Shown: positions 23,801 through 36,651 of the stretch, piece after piece
How the letters are laid out: the number at the start of each line of letters is the position of its first letter
How positions within the stretch are numbered: the stretch's first letter is position 1
DNA from: Protoeuglena noctilucae
Lineage: Eukaryota
Assembly (NCBI GenBank): GCA_958009085.1
Contig: OY253685.1
Location: forward strand, 62,001 to 126,000
Length of the DNA: 64,000 nucleotides
Direction of reading: 5' to 3'
Notes under the pieces: model-generated
What the model was told of the DNA's origin: nothing
What the model saw: only the letters and a program-made list of their open reading frames with translations
Databases searched by the model: none
Translations under genes and position numbers: made by a program

Positions 23801-25772
23801 ATGACGGGAGCCGGAGATGTCGCCGAGGTGAGCGCCCCGAGCTGTGTTTCGCGCGCGCTGCCCTGGCCGGCGCTCCCGTGCTCGACCCGGCCTGCCCTAC
23901 GCTGCGCGCAGGTCATGGCGACGCTGGGGTACGCCTCCATCTGGATCGCCATGTCGGGGGCGGTGATCATGTACAACAAGTTCATCCTGAGCCACCTGAA
24001 GTTCCCCTTCCCCCTTGCCCTCACGATGGTGGGCCGCGCGCCCCTCCCGCCGGCGTCTGATGCATCCGACGGTTCCAAATGACGTCTTGCGCGCCCCCTC
24101 CGCCCCGCAGACCCACATGGCGTTCGGCTCGGTGGCCTCAACGGTCCTCATCAAGCTGGGCTATGCGAAACCGGAGGAGAAGATGACGCGCGAGGTGTAC
24201 CTCACCTCCGTGCTGCCCATCGCGGCCCTCTTCTCCCTCGTTCTCTGGCTCGGAAACGCCGCCTACATCTACCTCAGCGTCTCCTTCATCCAAATGACCA
24301 AGGCGGGTGGCGCTGCCTTTGCCAGCCAGGGGATCAGATACCACGCCGCAGCGGCCTGCTTGACGCTGTCGAGGATTGGTTGCTGCGATCTCCGCTTGCC
24401 GGGAGTCTTAGTCACACTTGCGCGACCCGCCCCAGCACAAGCGGCTAGCACGCCCCACACCCGCCGCCTGTGATGCGCCCTCCCCTCTCAGGCCCTGATG
24501 CCCGCCATCGTGTTCGCCGTGTCCATCTTCTTCGGCCTGGCCACCATGACCCTCGACAAGGCCCTCAACATCGCCTTCATATGCTTCGGCGTGATGGTCG
24601 CCGCCTACGGGGAACTGCGGTTCGACCTCACGGGGTTCATGCTGCAGGTGTGGGTGTCTTTGTGTGTGTGTCTGTGTGTGTGTGTGATTGAGATGCCATG
24701 CGACCTCACGGGGTTCCTCCTGCAGGTGCGGGGCATTGGGAATTGTGCTTTAGCTGAGGTTGATATAACGTGTGGGCTTTGCTTCACACGTGGGCTGCCC
24801 TTGACTGTATGCCTCGTCTCTCCTCTCAGTTTGCCCATTTATGCTCACATCACCCCCGCCCCTTCCTCCCCCCCAGCTCGCCTCGTGTTTCCTGGAGGGC
24901 CTCCGCCTGGCCCTCATTCAAATCCTCCTGCAGAAGAAGGGCCTCAAGATGAACCCCATTACCACGCTGTACTACATCGCCCCCGCCTGCTTCCTATGCC
25001 TCCTCGTCCCCTTCCTCATCTTTGACTACCCCGCCATGTGGCCAGCGGGGGTGCCCATGGTGAGCCAAGTTATCAGTAGTGAGCTGTGCTGGATGATGGA
25101 GCTTGGAGGCGTGTTCATGGTAAGGGAATCGACTCAATGCAGTACTGGCGTATCAGTAGCCCATAGTCTCTCCATCATTTGATACCAATCACTCCCTTCA
25201 CACCCCCTCGCAGGATGAGCTCGACTGGACCTGGTCCATCATTTGATACTTAATTCTTCTACTCCCGTAACCCCTCCCCAGGACGAGCTCGACTGGACGT
25301 GGTCGACGACCCACATGGTCGCCAACAGCGTGACGGCCTTCGGCCTCAACCTCTGCGTCTTCCTCTTCGTGGGCAAGACCAGCGCCCTCACCATGAACCT
25401 CGCCGGGGTCGTCAAGGACTGGGTGCTCATCGTGCTGTCCTACCTCATCTTCCGGGACCCCATCACAGGCGAGCGCATGGCGCAATGCACGCGCATCCAC
25501 ACGAGATGACTTTGCATGGTACACTTTGGCCACATTAAGGCCGAGTGTCTCACTTGGTATTGTTCGCTCAAATTAGCTCCCCCCATGCATCGTGCTGCTC
25601 ACCAACACCCTGCCCATAGTAGTCACCGCACCCTCCTCGCCACTGCTGCGACCGACAGCCCCGCAACTCACCCTCACCCATCCCCATCATCCCCCCCCCA
25701 GGCATCAACCTCTTCGGCTACTTCCTGGCCTTCCTGGGCCTGCTGTACTGGAACCGGGAGAAGCTGGGATAG
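23801..25772 (+). CDS. TPT/nucleotide-sugar transporter family (DMT) membrane protein; may extend to 25931 through an in-frame TAG
   Basis: [69 protein letters not shown]. Exons 23801-23827, 23912-24028, 24111-24302, 24492-24647, 24877-25059, 25282-25468, 25702-25772. Confidence 0.92.
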
Positions 25773-26486
25773 GGCCCAGCGACGCCCACGCCCTCCAAGA
25801 GTGGCGCATCGGGGGCCATCAGCCTCAGCGCTTCGGCCAATGGGGCGTCGCACAAGGGCAACGGGGGCCAGGGGGACGGCGAGGGGGTGACGCGGGGGGA
25901 CGTGGAGGCGCAGCCGCTCGTGCGGAAATAACACAGCGTGGCATGGGGTGGGTGTCATGTGCGCGGGGCATGGGGTGTGGGGTGGCAGGGAGTGAGGGCG
26001 TGTGGTAACTGCCGTGGATGTGGTGGGGGGTGTTGGGAAGCATGCAACATCCATGCATACGCTGTGGCAGGTGGGGAGGGTGGGCGGGTGCATGTGCGGG
26101 TGTTTGGTGTGGTGGACAGTGGAGGAGAGTGAAGGGAGGGCAGGAGTGCCGCCTTTCTGCGTGCGAGCGGTGCCGCGGTTGCCCTGCCCCCCCTCCTGTG
26201 CCTGGGCCTGGCAGATTGCAGCCGGGCGGTCGTGTTAGTCTGGCAGTCGGCGCAGCTTGAACCGTCTCACGACAGCTGTATGGGTGGTTAGAAGCCATGT
26301 GAGCGAAGAGAAAATCAGGGATGGGGGCAGGCACACGAAGCACACACATTCGCACCGCCGGTCCCCTGCCTGCTTTCGAGTCTCACAACAGCGTTCTTCA
26401 CACGCAACAGTGCTCTTTCAAAGCGAAACACAGAAAGGTGCACGCTTCACTTGCGTGCCTCACAACAACAAAAACCAAAGCGCGTT

Positions 26487-26585
26487 TCACGACAGGAACG
26501 TGCTGAAAAGCATCATAGGCCCTGCTGCGTCACGACAGGAACGTGCTGAACACCCCCCGTCGCGTCACGACAGGAACGTGCTGAA
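26487..26585. repeat. Three copies of a 21-nt unit (TCACGACAGGAACGTGCTGAA) covering the ilvA last codons and stop
   Basis: Identical at 26487-26507, 26530-26550 and 26565-26585. Confidence 0.9.
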
Positions 26586-29500
26586 CACGTCGTATGCCCT
26601 GTCGCTGAGTTCCCGGAACACGAAGCTCCCATCCAGGTCCGCCACCTTGCCTCGGAACGCCTCCCCCTCCCCGGGCACCACCTGCATCCCCAGCAGAACC
26701 GACGACGTGTCGCCACCCGCGTACCTGCGGTGAGAGCACAAGCAGGTGGGTTGTGCGACGGTGCGGTTGGTGATTGATGGCACCACTCGCTCCAACAAGC
26801 ATGCATGGACAGGGCAGCCCAGCTGTGTTTGACGGGAAACACGCCTGCACAGCCACCCACACATGGCCCCCCCCACACCCAACCCTCACCTGTAGTGGAA
26901 CAGCGTGATGTTGTACCCCCCCATGGCTGCCAGGAACTTCCCCAGCGCCCCGGCCTTCTCGGGAAACTCCACCCGGAAGATTCGCTCGTGGGGCATTGCG
27001 CCCGTGAACGACCTCGCCCGGCCCCCCACCAAGTGACGCAGGTGCACGGCCGCCTCCTCTACACCGCTGATGTCCTCCGTGGGCATGCCGGCTGCGTCTA
27101 GCCTCGCCTTCAGCTGGGACACCTGGGGGGAAAGGGGGGGGGTTGGCTTTACATGGGACACGGTCAGGGTAGGGAGAACGAGGCTGTGAAATGGAGCATC
27201 AGAGCAAGGGAGGTTGGCCAACAGGCTTCCTAAGAGAAAGGCAAGGCGTGACACGGACATCTTCTCTGGCACTAACCCCTGCCAGTCTCCCCGTGTCGCG
27301 CCCCCTCGCCTGCCCGGGGTCCGAGATGCCCACCGAGTAGAGGATGTGCGCCTTGCCCTCCGGGTTGCTGCTGAATCGATACCGGAACTCCGTGACCATG
27401 AGGTCGGCACCGGGGGCGTAGAAGCCAGCTTCGACAAAGCGGCGGAAGGAGCCGGGGGACTGGGGAGGGGGTGGAAGGCAGTGGGTGATAAACGCGGGTG
27501 ATGTGTAAATAACGCTTTATGTATGAGTGTTACTATGACTGTTCCTATAAATGCTACTATAAGTGCTGATGGCACTGAGAGACTCGGATGTGCGGCCGGT
27601 TGTGATGGTCGCTGTGACACCCTCGGCAGGCACACAGCGGTGTGACTTCTACAAAGCCCATCTCCCATGCCTTTTCCTCGCTCACCTCCGGTATGACGGT
27701 CATGAGCATGGCCTCAGCACGCGCCCCCACGTCCGCCAGCTCGCTGACTAGGCGCAGACGATCAAAGTTCATGTTAGCGCCCGACGTGACGCAGACGAGG
27801 GTCTGGCCCTTGCAGCCCTGCCGCTTGGCGTAGGCCTTTGCGCCCGCCACCGCCACGGCGCCGGCGGGCTGCGAGGGGGGGGGGGGGGGTGGGAGGGTAG
27901 CAGAGTGGATGGTGGCAGTGACGGTGACCGGTTGTTAAGGCAGGCAGTGCCCATCAGAACCTGATGTGCAGAATGGTGTGCAACAATGACGCCGCGCTAA
28001 CTAAGATGATTGCTGCAATCAGATCGCCTCCCTGCTGAGGCAGCTGCAGCTGTCGTGAGCCACACCACCACGCACGCCCGACTATTACTACAAGCCTCTT
28101 CCCACGCCTCCCCTCACCTCCAGGATGTACCGTGTGTCATTCTTCATCACGCCCTCCCCTCTGTCCCCATCTGATGCCATCCCTCACCTCCACAATGTAT
28201 TACAATGTACCCCATGTCATTCTGCCATCACGCCGCCCCCCTGTCCCCATCTGATACCATCCCTTACCTCTAGGATGGACCTGGTGTCGTTGAACACGTC
28301 CTTGATGGCCGCGGATATCTCCGAGTTGGACACGAGCACCACCCCGTCGAGTAACTCCCGGCACAGGCGCATCGTCTCCGCTCCCACGTACTTTACCGCC
28401 ACCCCGTCCGCGAACCCATCCACACGGTCCAATCGCACACGCTTGCCCTGGGCGAGGCTCATGGCCATGGCGTTCGACCCCGTGGGCTCCACGCCGATGA
28501 TCTTGATGTCGGGGCGGAGACTCTTGATGTACGCCGCCACGCCCGCGGCCAGGCCCCCACCGCCTATCGCCACTGGGTGTGTGGGGGTGGGTGGGGTGGT
28601 GGGTGTGAGGGCGGTAGGGTGAGTGGAGAGGTTGATGAGAAAAACAGGTGTTGAAGATGGGGCAAGCAGAAGGGTGCGTGCACTGGGATGGAGTGGATGT
28701 ACTATGGTGTGCAAGACTGGCAGGCAGCTGGAAGAGTGCAAGACATGTCGCCACGTGCTTTGCCGCATCACATGGCAGCTCTCACCGAACACGGCGTGCA
28801 GGCCGCCGGTCCCCGGGCACTGCCTCAGGATCTCCATGCCGATGGTGCCCTGTCCGGCAATGACATACGGGTCGTCGTAGGGAGCGACAAAGACAAGGTT
28901 GTCGCGCTTGGCACGCTCAATCGCGTACTGCTGCGTGTCTGCGAGAGTCGCGAAAGGGTAGGACAAGCGCGTTTGCATCATTGCTACATATGTTGTTGCA
29001 TCTGTGCGAAGGACTCTGCCAATGGTACAGTGTACTGCTCATCACGAAACGTGCTCTGCACCCTCTCTTCGACTCCGTCTCACCCGAGTAAGTCTCCCCG
29101 TGTAACACGACCTCCCCCCCTAGCCTCCTCACGGCGCTGATTTTGATCTCCGGCGTGGTCGTGGGCATGCAGATGAGGGCACGCCCACCACGCTTGGATG
29201 CCGCAAGCGCAACCCCCTGCGCGTGGTTGCCCGCCGAGCTGCAGATGACGCCGCGCGCCAGCTCCTCCTGGGGGAATGAAGCGACTGTTTGACATCTCCA
29301 TCAAGCTTTGTAACAATCACACCCTTCCGATGACGACAAACAGAGAGCCGGCAGGGTCGACAGGAGCGTGCAGCAAGCGACCGTGCTCTCATTCCGCACA
29401 TGTAAGTCCTTCGCCTATCCTGCCACGGATTGCTGACCGCACGGCACGCGCACAGCGACCCCATGCTGGCCATGAGTGCTGCCCTTCCATCGCCCCCTGC

Positions 29501-30434
29501 CCCAGTACCCCATCGCCCGCTCGCCTGGGTGAGGGATGCGATCTTGTTGTACGCCCCGCGGAGCTTGAAGGAGAACACGGGCTGCATGTCCTCGCGCTTG
29601 AGCAGGACGCGGTTGCCGGTCGCCTCGGAAAGACGCGGGGCGGGGTCCAAGGGTGTCTCGACCGCCACGTCATACACCGCAGAAGTGAGGATCTGGCGCA
29701 GGTATCCCATCTCCTGATGACGGAAGGGCAGCGCGCAGCCCTGCGCGGCGGGCGAAAGGGTCCGGGTCGCGCAGAGATGGCACGGCACGCGGCGGCGGCA
29801 TGCTGCATCGGCCCTGCACCCCGCTCGCGCACGCCCCGCCCCGCCGCGTCACCTGCGGGCCCTGGCACTCGGCCTTGGTGCATCCGACGCATCGGAAGAC
29901 GTCCTCGGGCAGCGTGGGGGCGTCGCGCTGGATGGCCGACACCTCGCCCTGCGCCAACTGGTAGTCCTCCGGAAGCCAGCGCTCCTCCTTCTCCACGACG
30001 GAGCAGGACGATGCATCAACGAGGAGAGGCTCCTTCGCCGCCTCCGCGGCGGGCGCTGCGGGGGCGCGGGGCCAAACAAAGCGTCGTTCAGAAAGCGCCG
30101 GCTCTACGCGACAGGGCTGGGCTCGTGACATTCGGACGGATGCTGGAATGGGCGGATGCAGACTCCATGAAAACGTGCATGAAGCGTGGGGGCGCGTGTC
30201 CTGGCGCAGGGCAAATCCACGCCGGGACGCACGTCCTCGGCCCTCGTCCCATTCGATGGGGGCAAGCAGCTCGCCTGGAGTCTTGCCATTGCCCGATACG
30301 GCTCCCTCCCTTCCCACCGTCGTCGCGCGCGCGACGCCGCATGCCCCCCGCTCGGCCCTGGGGCCCAAGATCCTCAGCCGCCCGCGGCAAGGTGCCCTCC
30401 ACGGGCCGGCCGCGCAGGGAGACGCGGCCGCCAT
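26565..30434 (-). CDS. ilvA: Biosynthetic threonine deaminase (threonine dehydratase), plastid type
   Basis: [19 protein letters not shown] (PLP lysine), [44 protein letters not shown], and two C-terminal regulatory repeats (FPEKAGAL..., NITLFHYR). Start codon and first exon inferred. Confidence 0.93.
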
Positions 30435-31442
30435 GTCCCTCTCGCCCAACCCAGCACCCCACGCGATGCGCTTCTTGTCCAGATGCACCGTAATTCCACG
30501 CCCGGATCGCGCACACGGCCGCCGAAGTTTCGCCCGCTGAAGCAGACAACGTGGGAAGAACGGCGGGCTGGCGAGGCGGCGGCAGTGGTTTGATGACTTC
30601 AACGCCGGCATGCGCATCAAGCCGGGCCGGATGAGCATTCTAAGTTCCATGACTCAGGAAAAAACGTCAGAAGGCTTCCTCACCGCGACCCTCACCGGCG
30701 CGCACGGTGCAGAGAACGTGTCTATGCTGGCATGTCCCGATGACGACCGCTCATAGCTCTCCCCCGGATCGCTCAGCTCGGCGACCCGGGACCTGACGCC
30801 TTCCTCGGCCGTCCACGCCGCTGGACATCGCAACCGTTCGATAGATCTCTAAAGCTTTTGTTTGCTGTCTGCTCCGTTGTGCCGGGAGTCGCCGACGGCG
30901 CGCCGGGAGCGCCGGGAACCCTAACATGTCCGGAACAGCGCGAGGTGAGGCTCAGAGGAGACGCAAGCACCCCCAACTGCATCTATGACACGTGCTCATT
31001 GCGCGCTTATCCTGAGCGGTCTCTGTCCGTGGCCTATCGTCGCGCATGGCTGGAGGATTGCCGCGCACGCTTGTGGCGGATTCGCCGCCATGTAGCCTGC
31101 CACATGGCGAGAGCGGCCTTCCGCATGCTGTGATAGCGAGAATCTAGCCGCCGGGTGGCCAGGTAGGCCTCGTCAGGCTCTCAAACAGCTTTGCGCTCTC
31201 AAAGCACAGGGCAGCCCTGTGCTTGCGCCGCCAGCCACAGAGCATCTCCCGCGCTGCGTTCTTGCTTTGCCGAGGTCGGTGCGAATGCAGGACGACTGCT
31301 TCGCGTCCGGGACGGGACTCCGACGCACGCGTGCGGCCTAACAGAGCAAAGCCACCCCGCGCTTCACCCATGCACGAGGCGATGCAACGGTCGACCTCTC
31401 CATCCCCGCGCAGTTTCTGGTTTAGCGGACCCTCCCGCGTCC

Positions 31443-33674
31443 ATGTCCGCCGCCGCCGCGGCCGCGCTCGCGGCCCTGGCGGTCTTTGCGGCCCGGTATG
31501 TCGTGGACGCATGGGCAGCGCTCCTGGCCGGAGCCCTCCTCGCCCTCCTACTGCTCGCGGGAAGCGGCGGCGACTCTATTTAGAATGAGATCGACGCCTG
31601 CCCGGACGCACCGGCTGTTGGCAAGGCAGAGGTCGGCAACGCGGGTCTCATTGTGCCGGACGACGATGGCTCCGTGTCTGGGCTGGATGGGGACAAGGCC
31701 TCATCAGGCGAGCAGCTATGATGTGTAATACCAACAACAGCAGTCGTCGATGCCTTGCTTCGCCACTTCTCCACCCATCACCGTCCATCGCCTCGCCTCG
31801 CTCTCAGGCACCGCCACCCCCGAGCGCCGCCCCTCCCTCCCTCTGAGCATCGACCTCCCCAGCAGCGTCTTCCTCACCGCCAGGGGCTTTGACACCAACC
31901 CCGCCTCCCCCACACCACCTGCACCCGTCACTCCCACACCGGTCCACGCGCTGTCGGTGTCGAGCGGCGGAGAGGATGCCGGGCCCCGCAGCGACAGCGA
32001 TGGGGAGGATGACCTGGGTGGTTTCGTGGTCGTCGGGGGTCTGCCCTCCCCCGTGGTGGCGCGGCTGCATGTGCCTGTCACGGAGCGCGACCTCGCGTGC
32101 ACAGCACCGGGGGAGTGGCTCAGGTGCGTGAGACGTGATTTGGGCGATGCAGGGTTGTGGGTGTGACTGAGACCGGAGAGCAGTTCATGGATGAGGCGAG
32201 CAGGTCCAAACTGGTGCAGGGAGCGAGTCGCGCAGTTGCGGTGTCATCCACAACATGTGCCAACATGTGCCATCAATTCAATCGTCCACTCATGTCTCCT
32301 TCGCAGCGACGTGGTCGTCAACGCCTTCATGTTCCGACTCCAGCAGCGCGACGCCCACCGCCACGCCCCGTCCTTAGAGTCCTCCCTCAGCGGCGCATCC
32401 TCCACATTTGCACGCACCGGCACGCGAGATGACGTCCCCAGCGCCCTGGCGTCCGCCGGCAGGGCACTCGCGGGGTCCGTGTCGCGGCTGCTGTCGCGGT
32501 CGGGGTCCTGGGGCTCCCCTGGGGGGCGAGGGGCGGGGCGGCGGCCGTGGGTCGAGGGACGGTCGCAGGGCGTTACGCCGTCTGTGCATGTCTGGAACTC
32601 TTTCTTCCTGACGCAGGCGAGGGTTGGTTTGAGTGGATGGTGTGCTGCTGTTAATGTTGCTTCACGGTGGTTCGTAAATGCGACGTTTGGGATCGCGGTC
32701 GCAGCTGCTGTCAGTCATGGAATGTGGTGTGGGAGCTGCCATGTTCACGGTCACATCGTGTAATCCACGTCATCCGTCTCTCTTCTCGCAGCTTGCCCCA
32801 CCCGGTCGCCCCTATGACTATCCAGCAGTGCGGCAGTGGACGGGCAATCGTGCCCTCCGCGCCTGGGGGCAGCCCAGGGCATCCCCGCTTGCTTGCGATG
32901 TCATCATTGCACCCAGCCACCACGACGCGCATTGGGCGCTGGCGATGGTCGATTTAGCTGGTAAGAGGCTGCTGTTTCTGGACTCGGCGGGGAGGAGGGG
33001 CGATGCGGTGATGGCGGCCCTGGCGCAGTGGGTGGACGACGAGTGGGCAGCGCAGGGGGGGAGTGCCGGTGAGGCGTGGGGTGGGGTGGGGTGGGGTGGG
33101 TGATGTGGGGGTGGCAGTGGGGGGTGAGAAGTGCTGTCGAGGGCCAGGCGTGCTGGCAATGCTTCGCGGATGGCGACGGTGATGGCATGCCCCGTGTGGC
33201 GTGCTGTCCATATCTTGCCTTCATCTTGCTTACATCGATCACAGACTGCAATGATGTTTCTGACATCTCCCTCCCCCCAGGGTCTTCCCCACGTGCCTCC
33301 GAGTGGCCGCGGCTGCACCCCGAGGGCGTGCCCCGCCAGACCGATTCAGGGGACTGCGGGGTATTTGCCCTCGCGTTCGCGGGTGAGCGAGCATGGGGGG
33401 ATTGCCAGAGTGGGCGGCGTGGCTTGCGAGGCGTGACCGCACATGGCCGGTGACTGAATGGCACCCCGCAACTAGCTACCGTGTCCGATTCAATCCCCTT
33501 ATGCGACTCGCAGACATGCTGTGCCAGGGAATGGAGCCATGGAACCCCACGCCATCCAACGGCCACGTCATCAACAACACAGACGCCCCCTGGCATGGTT
33601 GCGACTGGAGCGGGCCAGCCATGCGCCGGGCACGGGAGTGGGTGCGAGAGGTCATCGTGCAGGGGTTTATTTGA
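31443..33674 (+). CDS. Ulp1/SENP-family SUMO protease (peptidase C48); N-terminal part interrupted by TAG at 31581
   Basis: PGEWLSDVVVNAF, WNSFF, HWALA (His), FLDS (Asp), PRQTDSGDCGVF (Gln/Cys). Exons 31443-31707, 31808-32122, 32307-32616, 32792-33068, 33281-33382, 33514-33674. Confidence 0.85.
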
Positions 33675-33985
33675 ACAACGCCCTTACTGTATAACGGCTA
33701 AAGGGTAGCCCTACAAGCGTTCCTTTCCTACTTCTTTTGGCGCGCCATGGCATGTCGGTTATGACGCCTACCAACGCGACTGCTTTATGAGCAGCGCGTG
33801 CATTCCCATCGCTGCATGCCGCTTGGTAGCTTGCGACGTTGCCCAGCGTGCGATTCAAACCAGCCCTCGTTGCCTCGTTGCGATGTCAAGACATGCGGGG
33901 CATCCCCAAGTCCCCATGACAGCCCACGTCTGATACACCTCACAGTGCTCGCAGCAACCACAACCACACCCGTGCTTATCCCCCT

Positions 33986-36651
33986 TCACTCTGCCCCGTC
34001 CTCCGACCCATCTTCGTCATCACTCCCATCCAATGCCGCCGCCTCATACTCGAAACTGACGTCCCAACGACTGCCGGGAGCATAGGCACTGCACAGAGAG
34101 CCGATTGAGGGGTGGTTAGTAATGAACTGTGTCACAAAGTTTATAAGTGTCAGCACCTGGTTCGCAAAAAAAGCAATGGGCAAGGGCACATGGCATGGAT
34201 CGATCAATGATCATGTGTGATGCATATGGCGAGTATCCAACCCCTCGCCTGAGGTACTTGACGAACCGCAGCACGCCCGGCCCCCGCAGCACCATGTTGA
34301 GTGCATTGGACGCGGCTGACACGGACAGCAGGGGCGCGTCGTCCTCATCCTCGCCCTTCTCAGCACCACCGTCGCCACCAGCACCCGCACTGCTCCCCTC
34401 TGTGTTACGATGGGAGGGCTCACTGTTACGCACACGCTCACAAACTGGCCCAGTCAAGCAAACGACTTTGCCACAACAATAGTGAGCGTCTCACTGCCAC
34501 ACTGCTACCCTTGCTAGTCACTTCCGCCCATCTTCTTCACCACAAACCCGCTCCCACTCTTCCAATCCCCACCCACCTGCCCCCTCGCTGCCCTTGCCCC
34601 CCTTGGCACCCCCCGGTCTCCGATACACCTCCGCTGCCTGTGCCCCGTTGTCATCCTCCGCCTCCATGTACGACTCGAAACCACCGAAGTTGTCACTCTC
34701 CCACGCCTCGCTCTTGATGGGGCCTGAGGGGCAGGAAGCATGCATCTCAAACGGACACATCTCGAATGGACACATCAATTGGTTGGTTGGGTGATGGAGA
34801 GACGGGTATGCATAGGGTTTGATGGACGCACATGTGCAACAATGGCGCCCCCAACAGCCCATGCAACAGCCCACGCGCTCACCCGTGTCGTCGACGAAGC
34901 ACAGCGTGCAGTCGAGTCGGTGCCCGCGGTGCCCCAGCTGCCCGAAGTGGGCAATGGTGTAGTCGAGGCCTGGCCGGAATCGCCGCACCTCTCCCCGACA
35001 AGACGACACCTCAGCACTGGCAACAAATCCCAACAGGCGCGCAAAGGCTGGATGAGAGAAGAGACCCTCCCGCAGGTCCCACAGCAGCCGCCCCGCCTCG
35101 TCTGCCGGCCCGTCGCCCGCCGCGCTGACACCCCCCTCTGGCGCCTCGAAACGCAAGTATCGGTGCTTGTGGGGGGGTCCCACGGGCCGCCAGCGCGCCG
35201 TGTGACCCGCGTCGTAGGTAGGCACCTCCCCATCGCCCAGGCCGTCTGCAAGGGGGGCGGCATGGGTGGCAAGCTGCTTGCGACGGCTATGTGTGCGCCA
35301 ACCCAACTGACATGCACCGCACTGGGTATGAACAACTGGGTATCACCCACGCAAAGAGTCAAAGCTGCACTGCACCCCTCGTACTCTCCACTTCGCTCTC
35401 ACCTCGCCGGTCGGCCTTGCGTGCCGCTGCGAGGATGGCCCTGGCAACATCAGCGCGCAGGAAACCGGCCATCTGCATGCTGTCATCGTTAGCCCGGAAG
35501 CTGACCCTCGCACGGCCGAGGACCTCCGCGGTCAGGTACTCCGCGTCGACGAATCGCGAGAGGTGCTGGAGGTCTGAAGGCGACAGCCCCGCGGGTCCGT
35601 CCGGGGTGGGTGCCAGCCGCGCCAGCGCCGTGAACGCCCCGTCGCCCTCCGCCGCCGAGCGCGAGTGGAGCTGCGCGAGGGTCGCCTGCTCCGCGCCCTC
35701 GGGCGGCGCGGGGCCGTGGAACCACCCGGATATGGACAGGCGTGGCTTGTCAGAAAACACCTCTTGGACGGCGTGGAAGGACCGGCCGGGGAGGACCGCG
35801 AAGAAAGCCATGCGGTTCCAAATTGGGGTGACGGACGCGGAGGGGTACGCGGCGGGTACGCCCGGCTTCTCGAGGGGATAGAGCTCCAGGGCACCACCGT
35901 CCTCAGGTCCAAAGGCGTCGTCAGGGTCGGTCAGGTAGATGATGAAGGACACCGCGCGCGTGCCTATGACGTCGTCGTGGCAGAGGAGATGGCACCCGCG
36001 CGCGTAGCAGTTGCAGCTGAGGTCGGTGCGGTCCGTCAGCTCGCCGCAGCGGGTCACAGTGCGGACGAGGGAGCGGAAGGCGGGGCCATAGATGGCGCGG
36101 CGCAGCGCGTCGAGCCGGGGGAGACGGGCCAGCGACGCCTCGTCCAGTCGCGCCATGTTGGCCAGGTCGCCGGTCTGGAACAGCTTGTAGATGTCTGCGG
36201 GGGCCGGAGGGATGTTGTCTTGCACTGAAGATGCAAATGCTTCCTCCCGCAAAACTCCCGCGCGCTCGCACGCACGCACCGGTCTCCTTGAACGTCACGT
36301 CGAGGTTCCCAATGATCTCGTCCCGCACCTCGCGCAAGAGCGCGGGGTCGCACAGGCCGTCAATCACGGCGTAGGGAAAGGGCTCGGCGGTGGCGAACGC
36401 GTCCCGATATCCGCTCACGCGATCCTCCGCTAACACATCCGGGCTCAGAGGAGAGCAGTCCGCCGTGTACGGCGCTGCGGGAGGTGGCCAGGCAACGCGG
36501 GCTGGGCCTGCAAAGCGGAGGCGCAATGCTGGCAGTGGCGGCGGCGGGAAGCGGCGACTGCCGCACGCTCACCGGTCTTCAGTCGCTTGGCGGCATGCAA
36601 CGAAGACCCCGCATCGACCTCGGCCCCCTCCTCCGCGGCGCTGTTGGTCAT
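33986..36651 (-). CDS. OGFOD1/Tpa1-type prolyl 3,4-dihydroxylase (2OG-Fe(II) oxygenase)
   Basis: AEPFPY, KETDIYKLFQTGDLAN, HLLCHDDVIGTRAVSFIIYL, SFHAVQEV, RLSISGWFH, RRFRPGLDYT, FVKYLSAYAPGSRWDV; six introns. Confidence 0.9.

Noticed and set aside
26487..26585. Three 21-nt direct repeats with short spacers resembling a mini-CRISPR
   Set aside because: The repeat is the ilvA coding end plus stop, spacing is irregular, the context is eukaryotic and there are no cas genes.
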